A stretch of 64,000 bases of DNA from a virus. Lineage: Duplodnaviria > Caudoviricetes. Numbering within the stretch: the first letter of the stretch is position 1; every line of letters starts with the position of its first letter. The DNA lies in IMG/VR virus record IMGVR_UViG_3300022723_000184, positions 32,001 to 96,000 of that record, one strand, 5' to 3'. A program made the translations under genes and the position numbers. Positions 1 to 8,833 of the stretch are shown here, in pieces. The notes beneath the pieces are model-generated. The model made no database searches. It saw nothing but the letters and a program-made list of their open reading frames with translations, and was not told where the DNA came from.

Positions 1-183
1 TCCGGCCAGAAGCTCTTCTACCACGACGAGGTCGAGGAGCATCAGCGGTACATCGAGTCGATGACCGAGCTGGTTAAGATGGCCCAGGCCCAGGGCACGC
101 CCGGCGACTCCGGCGTCGCTCGTGACGCCAGACGCCGCCGCAAGAAGACGGTGGTCATGCCCGGGACCCGGGCCAAGTTCTAG
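1..183 (+). CDS. 3' end of a truncated hypothetical phage protein (SGQKLFYHDEVEEHQRY...PGTRAKF*)
   Basis: Frame 1 is open from base 1 to TAG at 181-183 with GC3-rich codons; the next gene starts at 195 after a GGAG. Confidence 0.6.
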   Translation, partial: SGQKLFYHDEVEEHQRYIESMTELVKMAQAQGTPGDSGVARDARRRRKKTVVMPGTRAKF

Positions 184-194
184 GAGAAGCACGG

Positions 195-593
195 ATGCTC
201 ACTGACCGCCAGAACTTCAAGCTCGCCTTCATGTCCCGCTGCATCGAGGACGGCATCACGACGCCGGCCGAGATCCATGAGCGGGTGAAGCGGGCGATCG
301 ACGAGCTGAACAACGGCCCGGAGAAGCAGGCCCTGGTCGGCGAGGTCCTGGACTTCGCCGGCCGCCTCGGCGGCATGGCCTTGCCTATCGCCTTCGCGGC
401 GCCCCCGGTCCTCGGGGCCGGTGCCGGGTACCTGGCGGCCAGGGCCACGGATGTGGATGACGCGGACATCGAAGAGGTCAAGCGTCAGGAACTGATCGAC
501 GAACTGCGTCGCCAGACCGCAAAGGCCCGGCGACGCCACGCGGTAAAGGATTACCGCCAAACCGTTGCGCCATTCGGGAGGGCGGCAGGTTAA
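195..593 (+). CDS. Putative internal head protein, 132 aa (EKQA motif, Gly/Ala hydrophobic segment)
   Basis: Operon-like spacing; EKQA followed by GGMALPIAFAAPPVLGAGAGYLAA. Confidence 0.65.
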   Translation: MLTDRQNFKLAFMSRCIEDGITTPAEIHERVKRAIDELNNGPEKQALVGEVLDFAGRLGGMALPIAFAAPPVLGAGAGYLAARATDVDDADIEEVKRQELIDELRRQTAKARRRHAVKDYRQTVAPFGRAAG

Positions 594-604
594 GGTGGTA
601 ACCG

Positions 605-1060
605 ATGTCAGAGGGATCGAGTCTCGTCCGGTTCATGAACGAGCGGGGCGAGCAGGACGACAGAGGGAAGTACTTTTGGAGCAGGGCGAGCATCGACGGC
701 GCCCCGTTCCGTGGCCACTCGCCCCCGATGCTCCGCGACGAGGAGTACGAAAATCGGGTCGTCAGGGTCGGAGATCCGAAGGTCCGGATCTTCAACATCA
801 ACGACGCTGACGAGCGGCGAGAGTACCAGGGAATCCTGGCCAAGGTCGTCAACGGCGGCTGGGGTCAGGTCCTCCACGTGGACCGGCAGTTCGACTCCGA
901 ACAGCGGGTCTGGCTGGTTTACCTGGAGTGGGTCGAATGGTTCATGGAAGACGGCAGCCCCGATGCTGCCCAGGCTCAAAGGACGGAGCCCACGAATGGA
1001 CAACAACAAGTCAAAATGCCACCACCTGGCCTCCTCCCTGGCCAAACAGGCCAGCCCTGA
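605..1060 (+). CDS. Hypothetical protein, 151 aa
   Basis: Globular-looking sequence with GC3 bias, in operon. Confidence 0.7.
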   Translation: MSEGSSLVRFMNERGEQDDRGKYFWSRASIDGAPFRGHSPPMLRDEEYENRVVRVGDPKVRIFNINDADERREYQGILAKVVNGGWGQVLHVDRQFDSEQRVWLVYLEWVEWFMEDGSPDAAQAQRTEPTNGQQQVKMPPPGLLPGQTGQP

Positions 1061-1790
1061 CCAGCGGGTTCTGCGGGCCTCGGCCGCCAAGGATCTCCAA
1101 AACATCCTCTTGACCGGCCTGGGCATCGGTGCTGGCGCCCGCGGTCTCTACGGCCTCTACAACCTCGCCCAGCGGTCCGGCCGCGGTCCCGAGCAGCCCA
1201 GGACCCCTGGCCCCTTGGTCCTCGACTATCCGATCCCGACCCGGGAAGAGGAAGACGAGCTGCGGCCCAAGCTGGCGGCGGACGACGAGAGCTTCTGGGA
1301 CTCGCAGAGCAAGACCGGGATCCCCTGGTACCTGCCCGGCGGTCTGGCGGCGGGGGCCGGCGGCGTGTACGGCGGCTGGAAGCTGATGGACATGATCCTC
1401 GACCGCCGCCGCAACCAGGAGCAGGAGGACGACCTGGAGCAGGCCCGTGCCGAGTTTCGGGCGGCTCTGACGGGTGGCGGCCCCAAGCTGGCGTCGGACG
1501 GCGGCAACACGCTGGGCCACGACCTGGACCGGCTCTACGACATGCTCCAGGAGAAGCAGGCCGAGTTCGAGAAGACCTCGTCGAGCGCCGTGGGCGATAT
1601 CTGGGGCAAGATCAAGGGCGGCTACGGGGTGTACAGCGGTCTGACCAGTCTGGCGGCCGGGCTCTGGATGTACAATCGAGCCAAGAAGATGCAGCGACGC
1701 ACGCTGCTCGAAAAGGCCAAGAAGGAGCGGGAGCGTCAGCGGTTCGAGCGACGTCCCCCTGCGATCGAGGCACTGCCCACCCCCGCGTGA
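996..1790 (+). CDS. Putative internal head/ejection protein, 264 aa (start MDNNKSK)
   Basis: ATG at 996 after GGAG; K-x-A motifs (AKQAS, PKLAA, PKLAS, EKQAE) alternate with glycine-zipper segments (GLGIGAGARGLYG, GGLAAGAGGVYGG). The ORF-track portion 711-995 looks non-coding in this frame. Confidence 0.7.
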   Translation: MDNNKSKCHHLASSLAKQASPDQRVLRASAAKDLQNILLTGLGIGAGARGLYGLYNLAQRSGRGPEQPRTPGPLVLDYPIPTREEEDELRPKLAADDESFWDSQSKTGIPWYLPGGLAAGAGGVYGGWKLMDMILDRRRNQEQEDDLEQARAEFRAALTGGGPKLASDGGNTLGHDLDRLYDMLQEKQAEFEKTSSSAVGDIWGKIKGGYGVYSGLTSLAAGLWMYNRAKKMQRRTLLEKAKKERERQRFERRPPAIEALPTPA

Positions 1791-1808
1791 GGCGTATAAG
1801 GGGCGAGC

Positions 1809-4800
1809 GTGACGACCATCTCGAACAACCTGTTCGACCAGGACCCTGCCAACTCGATCCTCCCGGATCCGAGTTTTCCACAGCCCGTCCCCAAACCGGC
1901 TCCTCAGGAGGAAGAGCCGGAAATGCGGCGTTTTGGCGACCCGATTGCCACACGCCGCGCCATTTACGACAGGGTTTTCCAGGCGGCCCAGGAGATGGAG
2001 CCGGTCGTGGGCCAGACCCACACGCTGCGACTGTCCAACCTCAACTGGGCGGATCCCGAGGAATACTCCAAGCGGAAGCGGAAGGAAGCGATCCTCTCCG
2101 GCCAGACGCTTGGTCGCCGTCTTCGCGGGACCTGGGAGTTGGTCAACAACGAGACCGGTGAGGTCCAGGACCGCACGGACAAGACGGTCGCTCGCATCCC
2201 TTACGTGACGGGCAGCGGGACGTTCGTCCACCGGGGCAACGAGTACGCGATCAAGAACCAGCAGCGGCTGCGGGCCGGCGTGTTTACCCGGGTCAAGGAC
2301 AACGGGGAGGTCGAGGCCCACGCCAACATCCTCCGCGGCGGCCCGAGCCACCGGTACTTCCTGGACCCGGCCAAGGGTGTGTTCTACATGCGCCTCGGCC
2401 AGGCCAAGATCCCAATGATGCCCCTGCTCAAGGCGATGGGTGCGACCGACGCCCAGCTGCGTGAGGCTTGGGGCCCGGAGATCCACGCCGCCAACTACGG
2501 GGCCAACGACGCCAGCGCCCTGGTCAAGCTCAAGGAGAAGATCCTCAAGGACCGCTCGGCGAAGCAGGAGGAACTGGTCTCGGCCTTCAACCAGATGGAG
2601 CTGGACCCGGAGGTCACGCAGCGGACGCTGGGCCAGCCGTACGAGAACATGGGCCTCGACACGCTGCTCGACACGTCCAAGAAGCTGCTGGCGGTCAGCC
2701 GGCAGGAGGCAGACGTCGACGACCGCGACCACCTGGCCTACCAGACGTTCCTGGGTCCCGAGGATCTGCTCGCCGAGCGGATCCGCAAGGACCGGGGCGG
2801 CGTCCGCCGCAAGCTGCTGTGGAAGCTGGCCCGAGAGGGCAACCTGAGCAAGTTGCCGGCCGCCGTGCTCCAGGACCAGGTGGACAGCGCCCTGCTCGAA
2901 TCGGGCCTGGGTCAGGCCCTCGAAGAGATCAACCCGGCCGAGGTCTTCGACAAGCAGACCCAGATCAGCCGGATGGGTGAGGGCGGCATCCCGTCGCTGC
3001 AGGCGGTGCCCGACGAGGCCCGCGGCGTACAGCCCAGCCACATGGGCTTCATGGACCCGCTGCGCACCCCCGAGTGTTACGACGAGCAGACGGAGGTCAT
3101 GACGAAGCAGGGATGGAAACCGTGGCCTTCCGTTACCGAGAGTGATGAGTTCGCTTGTCTGGTGGACGGTCGTCTGGAGTTTCATCTCGCAGACAAACTG
3201 GTGTCGTACCGGTACGTCGGGCAGATGTGTGGCGCGAAGACAGCCTTGGTCGACTACCTGGTCACGCCGGACCACCGCATGTACGTTCGCCGCGGTTACG
3301 ATACACCTCACTGGCGGATCGAGACGGCGAACGAGACGCATGAGGCTCATGTTCGGATTTTGAAATGCGGCGGCCACTCGCCTTACGTCGGGATGGCGTT
3401 CGATCCCGGTCTACCTGTCTTTGAGTCGCGGTCGAACAACAGCAAGGCGATCGACCTGGCGACCACGGACCCGTGCGACTGGGCGGAGTTTGTCGGGTGG
3501 TACCTGTCGGAAGGCAACTTGGCTGTTTCCGAGTCTAGACAGTCTTATAAGGTCATGATCACTCAGAGCCCGGAAGCGAACCCGGAGAACCATACCCGGA
3601 TCCGGGACTTGTTGGATCGTCTACCGTTCGACTGGTCTTTCTGTAACCACGAGAAAGCATTTGTCGTGAGCCGCCGCCACCTTTATGAGTGGGCCAAACC
3701 GCTAGGAAAGTGTGACGACAAATTCATTCCCGCTCGTTGCTTCGATTGGCCCGAGGAAGCTCGTCGATCGTTGTTGGAGGGTCTGTTACTGGGCGACGGC
3801 CGTAAGGCAGTTAAAGGCGGCAGAGTGGGCCGGCCCACACAGTACTGTTCGACTAGCCGCAGGCTGGCTTATGACGTTCAGAGGCTGTTGTTCACCCTTG
3901 GTGTCTCGTCCCGGGTGGTATTCGAGCCGGACGAACGGGAGGATCACTATCTCGGATGCTGGGTCGTGCATATCCACGCGAGAACGCAGCGGCGAGTTGG
4001 TCGTGCTCATGCAGCTAAAGAAAGCGATTTCCACCTGGAGAGTTACGACGGTCATGTCTACTGCGCTTCTGTTCCTGGTGGGCTTTTGTACGTGCGTCGC
4101 AACGAGAGCTGCGGCATTTGGTGCGGCAACAGCTTCCGGGTCGGTGTCGACGTGCACCTGGCCCGCAATGCCCGCAAGGGGCGTGACGGCAAGCTCTACG
4201 CCCAGTTCCGTGACGCCCGGTCGGGCAAGGACGTGTGGCGCACGCCGCAGGACGTCGCCGACCTGGCCGTGGCGTTCCCCGGCTCCATGAAGTCGGAGGC
4301 CAGGCGGGTGCCGGCCATGAAGAACGGCCGGATCCGGTGGGTGCCCAAGGAGAAGGTTGACCTGGTGCTCAGCACCTTCGAGAACGCCTTCAGCCCGTTG
4401 GGCAACATGGTCCCGCTCAAGAGCATGGTGAAGGGCCAGCGGGTGGCGATGGCCAGCCGGATGAGCGTAACGGGTGACGCCTGGGTTGTAGTGCTGCGAA
4501 AATCTGGTGACGCCTATTACGGCCCGATACGAGATTACGTGTGGAGGAAAGGCGACAAGTCTCCGTCTATCGATAAGGTTACGCACCGGCTGGTGTGGAA
4601 ACCGGTGCGAGCTAAGCTAGTACACCGGAACACGAAACGTCTTATGCGGGTGACGGTTGATAGCGGTAGGAGCTTTGTTGCTACTGAGGATCACAGTTGC
4701 GTTACGCTAGGTAAATCTGGACGTCTTGAAAAGATTAAAACCGGTGATTTATCTAAAGGCCTACCCGTTCCTTATGCCGCGACGCTTGATTGCCCCGAGA

Positions 4801-7800
4801 CGTACCAGAAAACGTGGAATGTGCCGAACGGAAACAAGCACAACGCCCATCCGGGTGTCGCGTTTCCGTTAACACGGGATGTAGGCTGGTTTTTGGGGTT
4901 GTACGTTGCCGAGGGTTACGGGGTCGGCAAAGATGCTCGCGCTGTGGCGCTTGCTAACATCTCTCCCGAAGTGCAGACCAGGGTTTGCCGGTTTATGGCT
5001 GACATTGGTTTGTGCGTGAAGCCGTCTTCCGGCAGCGACGGGGTGAACGACCGGGTTGTTATCAACTGGCTGCAGTTATACAGAAAGTTGCGAGAGGATT
5101 TCGGGGACGGGGCTTATAACAAAAGGCTTCCCGCCTGGGTGCATTTTTCGCCGAAAGCGTTCCGGGAAGGTCTGTTGTCGGGATACATGGCTGGCGATGG
5201 GATCGTATCGAAACCAGTAGCCCGTTCAACAACAACCGGCGGCGGCAGCCGCAGCCTGGACCTGGTCAACGGGTTGACGCTTCTTTGTGCGTCACTCGGT
5301 ATTTCAACGTCTGTGTCCTCGCCCTGGGTTAATACCGGCCCGGGAGGATCCCGGGTGCAACAACACAAGTTCACGATACGTAAAGAGCACCAACATCTAC
5401 TCCCCGTGATCGGCCACCCGGAAAAAGACAAAAAAATGCAACGGTCGTCGTGGTCGGGCAAGCGGTCTTACGACTGGATACCGATTTTCGACGACCTTAG
5501 ACCTATGTTTAATCGGCGAACGCAGCGTCGCGACAACCGCCGCCGGCGGCTGGATAACCGTTATATGGGTCGCTTGGATCGCCGCGACGTAATCGACTTA
5601 TTTGGGGATGACGCGGAGTGGGCTACCAGGGGTTGGTCGTCGTCGTCTGTCTGGTGGGATCGGGTGAAGCGGGTGGACGAAGTCAGTTCGGACCATGAAT
5701 TCGTTTATGACCTTGACATGGAAGACAACGTGTTCCTGGCCAACGGCGTGTTTGTGCACAATACAACGCAGGCCCTGCCCGTGGCTAACCCCGAGGCGCC
5801 ACTCGTCCAGTCGGCGGTTCCCGGCAGCGGCGGGGCAATCAGCTTCGAGGACGAGTACGGATCGCACATGGGTGCGGTGCGTGCCGATCAGCCCGGTCGC
5901 GTGGTGGCGGTCACCGACGACGAGATCACCGTGCAGTACGCCGACAACAGCCGGGCGAACATCGAGCTGTACAACAACCATCCGTACAACCGTAAGAGCG
6001 TGACCGGTGACACCGAGATTCTGATCCGCAGAAGGGCGGAATCTGGGCGGTCGAGGCAAGGGCTTTACATCTGGCGAGGCCCGATTCGCGAGTATCAGTG
6101 GCGAGACGACGACTACGTCCTTTCGGTGTGTCCGAAAACGAAGCAGTCTGCGTGGAAGAAGGTCATCGCGAAAACGGCTCATCCCAACGACAAACGTCTG
6201 TTGCGGGTGAAGACAGCGTCCGGCCGTCATGTTGTGGTGACCGAAGACCACAGCCTGGTGACGATGGGTAGCGATGGAACACTCGTGCCTATCTATCCGG
6301 ACGATTGCCAGGTCGGCAAGACACGGTTGCCTGTGGCTAAGATCCCCGAAATGGTCTCGTCGAAGACGTATCCGGGCAAGTCTCGTAACGACGGTCGCGT
6401 GGTCGGCCTATACCTTGCGGAAGGGCACTGCCCGCCCAGTCAGCCAAACCTGGTGACGATTTCGGTTGAGCCGGACGATCGGGCAGAGACGGTACTGGCT
6501 TTGTTGAGAACCGTTTCGGAGGGCTACGAGCCGTTCCGAAACGGCGGTACCGTTTGTATGACGGCGCCGAAACTGGTCAAGAGGTTGGTGAAACAGTTCG
6601 GACACCGGTCACACAACAAGAAGATCCCGTCGCGATTCCTTCGGTACCCAGCCGAGTTCCGAGAAGGACTGGTCGAAGGGTACATGGGTGGCGACGGTTG
6701 CTTTTGGAAGGACGGAAACGGCGGGACTAATTTGGAGGCGACCAGTGTTTCGCGGGAGCTTCGGGACAACCTCGTCGACCTGCTGCTGTCGTTGGACGTG
6801 TTCACGACGCTGAAGACGTCGCCAAGGAAAAAGTACAAGGATGCGTGGCGGGACGGGTATCGCTTCCGCGTCTTGTCCGGGGAGCTACACAAGCTGCCCC
6901 GATGGTTCGTGTACGACGATCGAGAGGAACGGTTGAACGAATCCATCGATTCGCAGTACCGAGCTTCCGTGTACGAGATGGTTCCGGTCCCCGATAAAGA
7001 AGCCAGGACGCTCGTCTATGCCGGCTTCGACAAGACGCCGCTGCAAGGAAAAGTTGCCAAGCACAGGCTGGCCGGATCCAAAAGCGTGTTCGGCAAGTGG
7101 GGTGTCTCTGACGTCATGTGGGATGAGATCGTGGCGATCGAATCGGCGGACCACGAAGAGGAGGTCTACGACCTTTCCGTGCAAGACTCGGAGATGTTCG
7201 CTGTTTGTCACGGCCTGGTCGTACACAACACATACATCCATCAGACGCCGACGGTCCGGCCTGGCCAGTCCTTCAAGGCCGGAGACCTGCTTGCCCGGTC
7301 GAACTACACCAACGACCAGGGCGCGACGGCCCTGGGCGTCAACGCCCGCGTTGCTTACGTGCCGTGGGGCGGCAAGAACTTTGAAGACGCCATCGTGATC
7401 TCGGACTCCATGGCCAAGCGGTTGAGTTCCGAGCACATGTACCAGCACGACCTTGAGATCAGCGCCCGGACCCGCACTGGCAAGAACACCTACCTCTCGC
7501 TGTTCCCCGGCAAGTACGACAAGAAGACCCTGGAAAACATGGACGCTGACGGCGTCGTCAAACCAGGCACAGTCGTGCAACACGGGGATCCGCTAATCCT
7601 GGCTGCCGAAGAGCGGAGCCGGGCGCTGAACAAGGTTCACAAGAAGCGTCAGCCTGGCTTCCAAGACAACAGCATCACGTGGAAGCATCACGACGAAGGC
7701 GTGGTGACCGATGTGGTGAAGACCAAGAACGGCCCGGTCGTCTTGGTCAAGGGCCGGCAGGAGATGAAGGTCGGCGACAAGATGTGTTACGACCCGGAGA

Positions 7801-8831
7801 CTAGCCTACTCACGCGGCAAGGTTGGAAGCCTGTTGCGGAGGTTACGCTCGACGACGAGTTGGCGACGCTGAACCCGGAAACGGAAGAACTGGAGTACCA
7901 CAAACCAACTCACGTGCACTCGTTTGCTCACACGGGGGAGATGTACTACCTGAATACCAAGCACCTCAACATGCTGGTGACGCCGGAGCATCGCTTGTGG
8001 GTTGCTCGTCCGGGCCAGACCTACGGCGAGGTGACGGCTAAAGACTTCTACGAGTCGAAGGGCGAATGGCAGTTCAAGAAAGACTGCAAGTGGGTTGGCG
8101 AAGAACGCTTGTTGATGGAGTTCGAGCCGTACATCGCGAGGAACAGTCGAGAGCAAGTCCTGGAATCTGTACCCATGGACATTTGGCTCAGGTTCATCGG
8201 GTATTACCTGTCAGAGGGTCGAACTTGTCGTACTTCGAGCGGCGGGTATCAGGTGCAGATCAGCCAGTTCCGAACGTCTTCGGTTTGGGAGGACATTCAC
8301 GACACGCTGGTCGAGCTTGGTCTGCGTTTCTCGTACCGAGAAAACGAAAATAGGTTTGAGATCAACTCCAAGTGGTTGTACGGGGTGTTGCTGCCGTTGG
8401 GCAGCGATGCGTACTCGAAGCGAGTGCCGGAATACGTACAAGAACTGTGCTCTCGCCAGATCTCCGTCTTGTTCGATTCTTACATGGAAGGAGACGGACA
8501 TAAGGGGGCGTGCTGGGAGTTTGGAACGTCGAGCGAGCAGTTGGCTTTCGACCTTCAAGTGTTGTGTTTGAAGTTGGGCTGGTGTGTCAAGTTGAAGCCC
8601 GTCGACCGTGAAGACAACCTTCAAAAGAACCCTCACTGGCGGGGCCGAGTTAATCGTTCTCATCTGCGGCCTTGGTGGAAGAAAGGGCAGGCAAAGACCT
8701 ACGCGTCCAACGAAGAGAAGATGGTGCAGTACGACGGCGAGGTCTACTGCGTGACAGTTCCCAATCACATCGTTTATTGCAAGAGGGAGGACAAAACGTA
8801 CTGGTCGCTGAACAGCGGCCGGTACGGCTAG
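1809..8831 (+). CDS. rpoB: Phage multi-subunit RNA polymerase beta subunit, N-terminal ~800 extein aa plus 4 inteins; ends at an in-frame TAG inside the GRxGxKG motif
   Basis: Beta motifs after removing inteins: FVHRGNEYAIKNQQRLRAG, HMGFMDPLRTPE|S, AMASRM|TTQALP, NRK|TYIHQTP..GDLLA, GVNARVAYVPWGGKNFEDAIVIS, MKVGDKM|SGRYG. Confidence 0.92.
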   Translation: MTTISNNLFDQDPANSILPDPSFPQPVPKPAPQEEEPEMRRFGDPIATRRAIYDRVFQAAQEMEPVVGQTHTLRLSNLNWADPEEYSKRKRKEAILSGQTLGRRLRGTWELVNNETGEVQDRTDKTVARIPYVTGSGTFVHRGNEYAIKNQQRLRAGVFTRVKDNGEVEAHANILRGGPSHRYFLDPAKGVFYMRLGQAKIPMMPLLKAMGATDAQLREAWGPEIHAANYGANDASALVKLKEKILKDRSAKQEELVSAFNQMELDPEVTQRTLGQPYENMGLDTLLDTSKKLLAVSRQEADVDDRDHLAYQTFLGPEDLLAERIRKDRGGVRRKLLWKLAREGNLSKLPAAVLQDQVDSALLESGLGQALEEINPAEVFDKQTQISRMGEGGIPSLQAVPDEARGVQPSHMGFMDPLRTPECYDEQTEVMTKQGWKPWPSVTESDEFACLVDGRLEFHLADKLVSYRYVGQMCGAKTALVDYLVTPDHRMYVRRGYDTPHWRIETANETHEAHVRILKCGGHSPYVGMAFDPGLPVFESRSNNSKAIDLATTDPCDWAEFVGWYLSEGNLAVSESRQSYKVMITQSPEANPENHTRIRDLLDRLPFDWSFCNHEKAFVVSRRHLYEWAKPLGKCDDKFIPARCFDWPEEARRSLLEGLLLGDGRKAVKGGRVGRPTQYCSTSRRLAYDVQRLLFTLGVSSRVVFEPDEREDHYLGCWVVHIHARTQRRVGRAHAAKESDFHLESYDGHVYCASVPGGLLYVRRNESCGIWCGNSFRVGVDVHLARNARKGRDGKLYAQFRDARSGKDVWRTPQDVADLAVAFPGSMKSEARRVPAMKNGRIRWVPKEKVDLVLSTFENAFSPLGNMVPLKSMVKGQRVAMASRMSVTGDAWVVVLRKSGDAYYGPIRDYVWRKGDKSPSIDKVTHRLVWKPVRAKLVHRNTKRLMRVTVDSGRSFVATEDHSCVTLGKSGRLEKIKTGDLSKGLPVPYAATLDCPETYQKTWNVPNGNKHNAHPGVAFPLTRDVGWFLGLYVAEGYGVGKDARAVALANISPEVQTRVCRFMADIGLCVKPSSGSDGVNDRVVINWLQLYRKLREDFGDGAYNKRLPAWVHFSPKAFREGLLSGYMAGDGIVSKPVARSTTTGGGSRSLDLVNGLTLLCASLGISTSVSSPWVNTGPGGSRVQQHKFTIRKEHQHLLPVIGHPEKDKKMQRSSWSGKRSYDWIPIFDDLRPMFNRRTQRRDNRRRRLDNRYMGRLDRRDVIDLFGDDAEWATRGWSSSSVWWDRVKRVDEVSSDHEFVYDLDMEDNVFLANGVFVHNTTQALPVANPEAPLVQSAVPGSGGAISFEDEYGSHMGAVRADQPGRVVAVTDDEITVQYADNSRANIELYNNHPYNRKSVTGDTEILIRRRAESGRSRQGLYIWRGPIREYQWRDDDYVLSVCPKTKQSAWKKVIAKTAHPNDKRLLRVKTASGRHVVVTEDHSLVTMGSDGTLVPIYPDDCQVGKTRLPVAKIPEMVSSKTYPGKSRNDGRVVGLYLAEGHCPPSQPNLVTISVEPDDRAETVLALLRTVSEGYEPFRNGGTVCMTAPKLVKRLVKQFGHRSHNKKIPSRFLRYPAEFREGLVEGYMGGDGCFWKDGNGGTNLEATSVSRELRDNLVDLLLSLDVFTTLKTSPRKKYKDAWRDGYRFRVLSGELHKLPRWFVYDDREERLNESIDSQYRASVYEMVPVPDKEARTLVYAGFDKTPLQGKVAKHRLAGSKSVFGKWGVSDVMWDEIVAIESADHEEEVYDLSVQDSEMFAVCHGLVVHNTYIHQTPTVRPGQSFKAGDLLARSNYTNDQGATALGVNARVAYVPWGGKNFEDAIVISDSMAKRLSSEHMYQHDLEISARTRTGKNTYLSLFPGKYDKKTLENMDADGVVKPGTVVQHGDPLILAAEERSRALNKVHKKRQPGFQDNSITWKHHDEGVVTDVVKTKNGPVVLVKGRQEMKVGDKMCYDPETSLLTRQGWKPVAEVTLDDELATLNPETEELEYHKPTHVHSFAHTGEMYYLNTKHLNMLVTPEHRLWVARPGQTYGEVTAKDFYESKGEWQFKKDCKWVGEERLLMEFEPYIARNSREQVLESVPMDIWLRFIGYYLSEGRTCRTSSGGYQVQISQFRTSSVWEDIHDTLVELGLRFSYRENENRFEINSKWLYGVLLPLGSDAYSKRVPEYVQELCSRQISVLFDSYMEGDGHKGACWEFGTSSEQLAFDLQVLCLKLGWCVKLKPVDREDNLQKNPHWRGRVNRSHLRPWWKKGQAKTYASNEEKMVQYDGEVYCVTVPNHIVYCKREDKTYWSLNSGRYG
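3075..4130 (+). mobile_element. Intein 1 in beta (352 aa, LAGLIDADG)
   Basis: CYDEQTEV...WCGN followed by +1 Ser; motifs GWYLSEG and GLLLGDG; more AT-rich than flanks. Confidence 0.9.
4464..5762 (+). mobile_element. Intein 2 in beta (433 aa, Ser1, LAGLIDADG)
   Basis: SVTGDAWV...VYDLDMEDNVFLANGVFVHN followed by +1 Thr; motifs GLYVAEG and GYMAGDG. Confidence 0.9.
5997..7229 (+). mobile_element. Intein 3 in beta (411 aa, Ser1, LAGLIDADG)
   Basis: SVTGDTEI...VYDLSVQDSEMFAVCHGLVVHN followed by +1 Thr; motifs GLYLAEG and GYMGGDG. Confidence 0.9.
7785..8813 (+). mobile_element. Intein 4 in beta (343 aa, LAGLIDADG)
   Basis: CYDPETSL...VYCVTVPNHIVYCKREDKTYWSLN followed by +1 Ser, inside GDKM|SGRYG; motifs GYYLSEG and SYMEGDG. 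Confidence 0.9.
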
Positions 8832-8833
8832 GT

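Noticed and set aside
668-677. AAGTACTTTT, a possible fifth palindromic box
   Set aside because: Only a partial match, inside a CDS (GKYFW); could be chance.
8672-8833. N-terminal 54 aa of the ORF-track 1401-aa protein (TTG start)
   Set aside because: Overlaps the C-terminus of intein 4 in another frame, has no RBS and no RNAP similarity; homology starts at DKGVV (8834).
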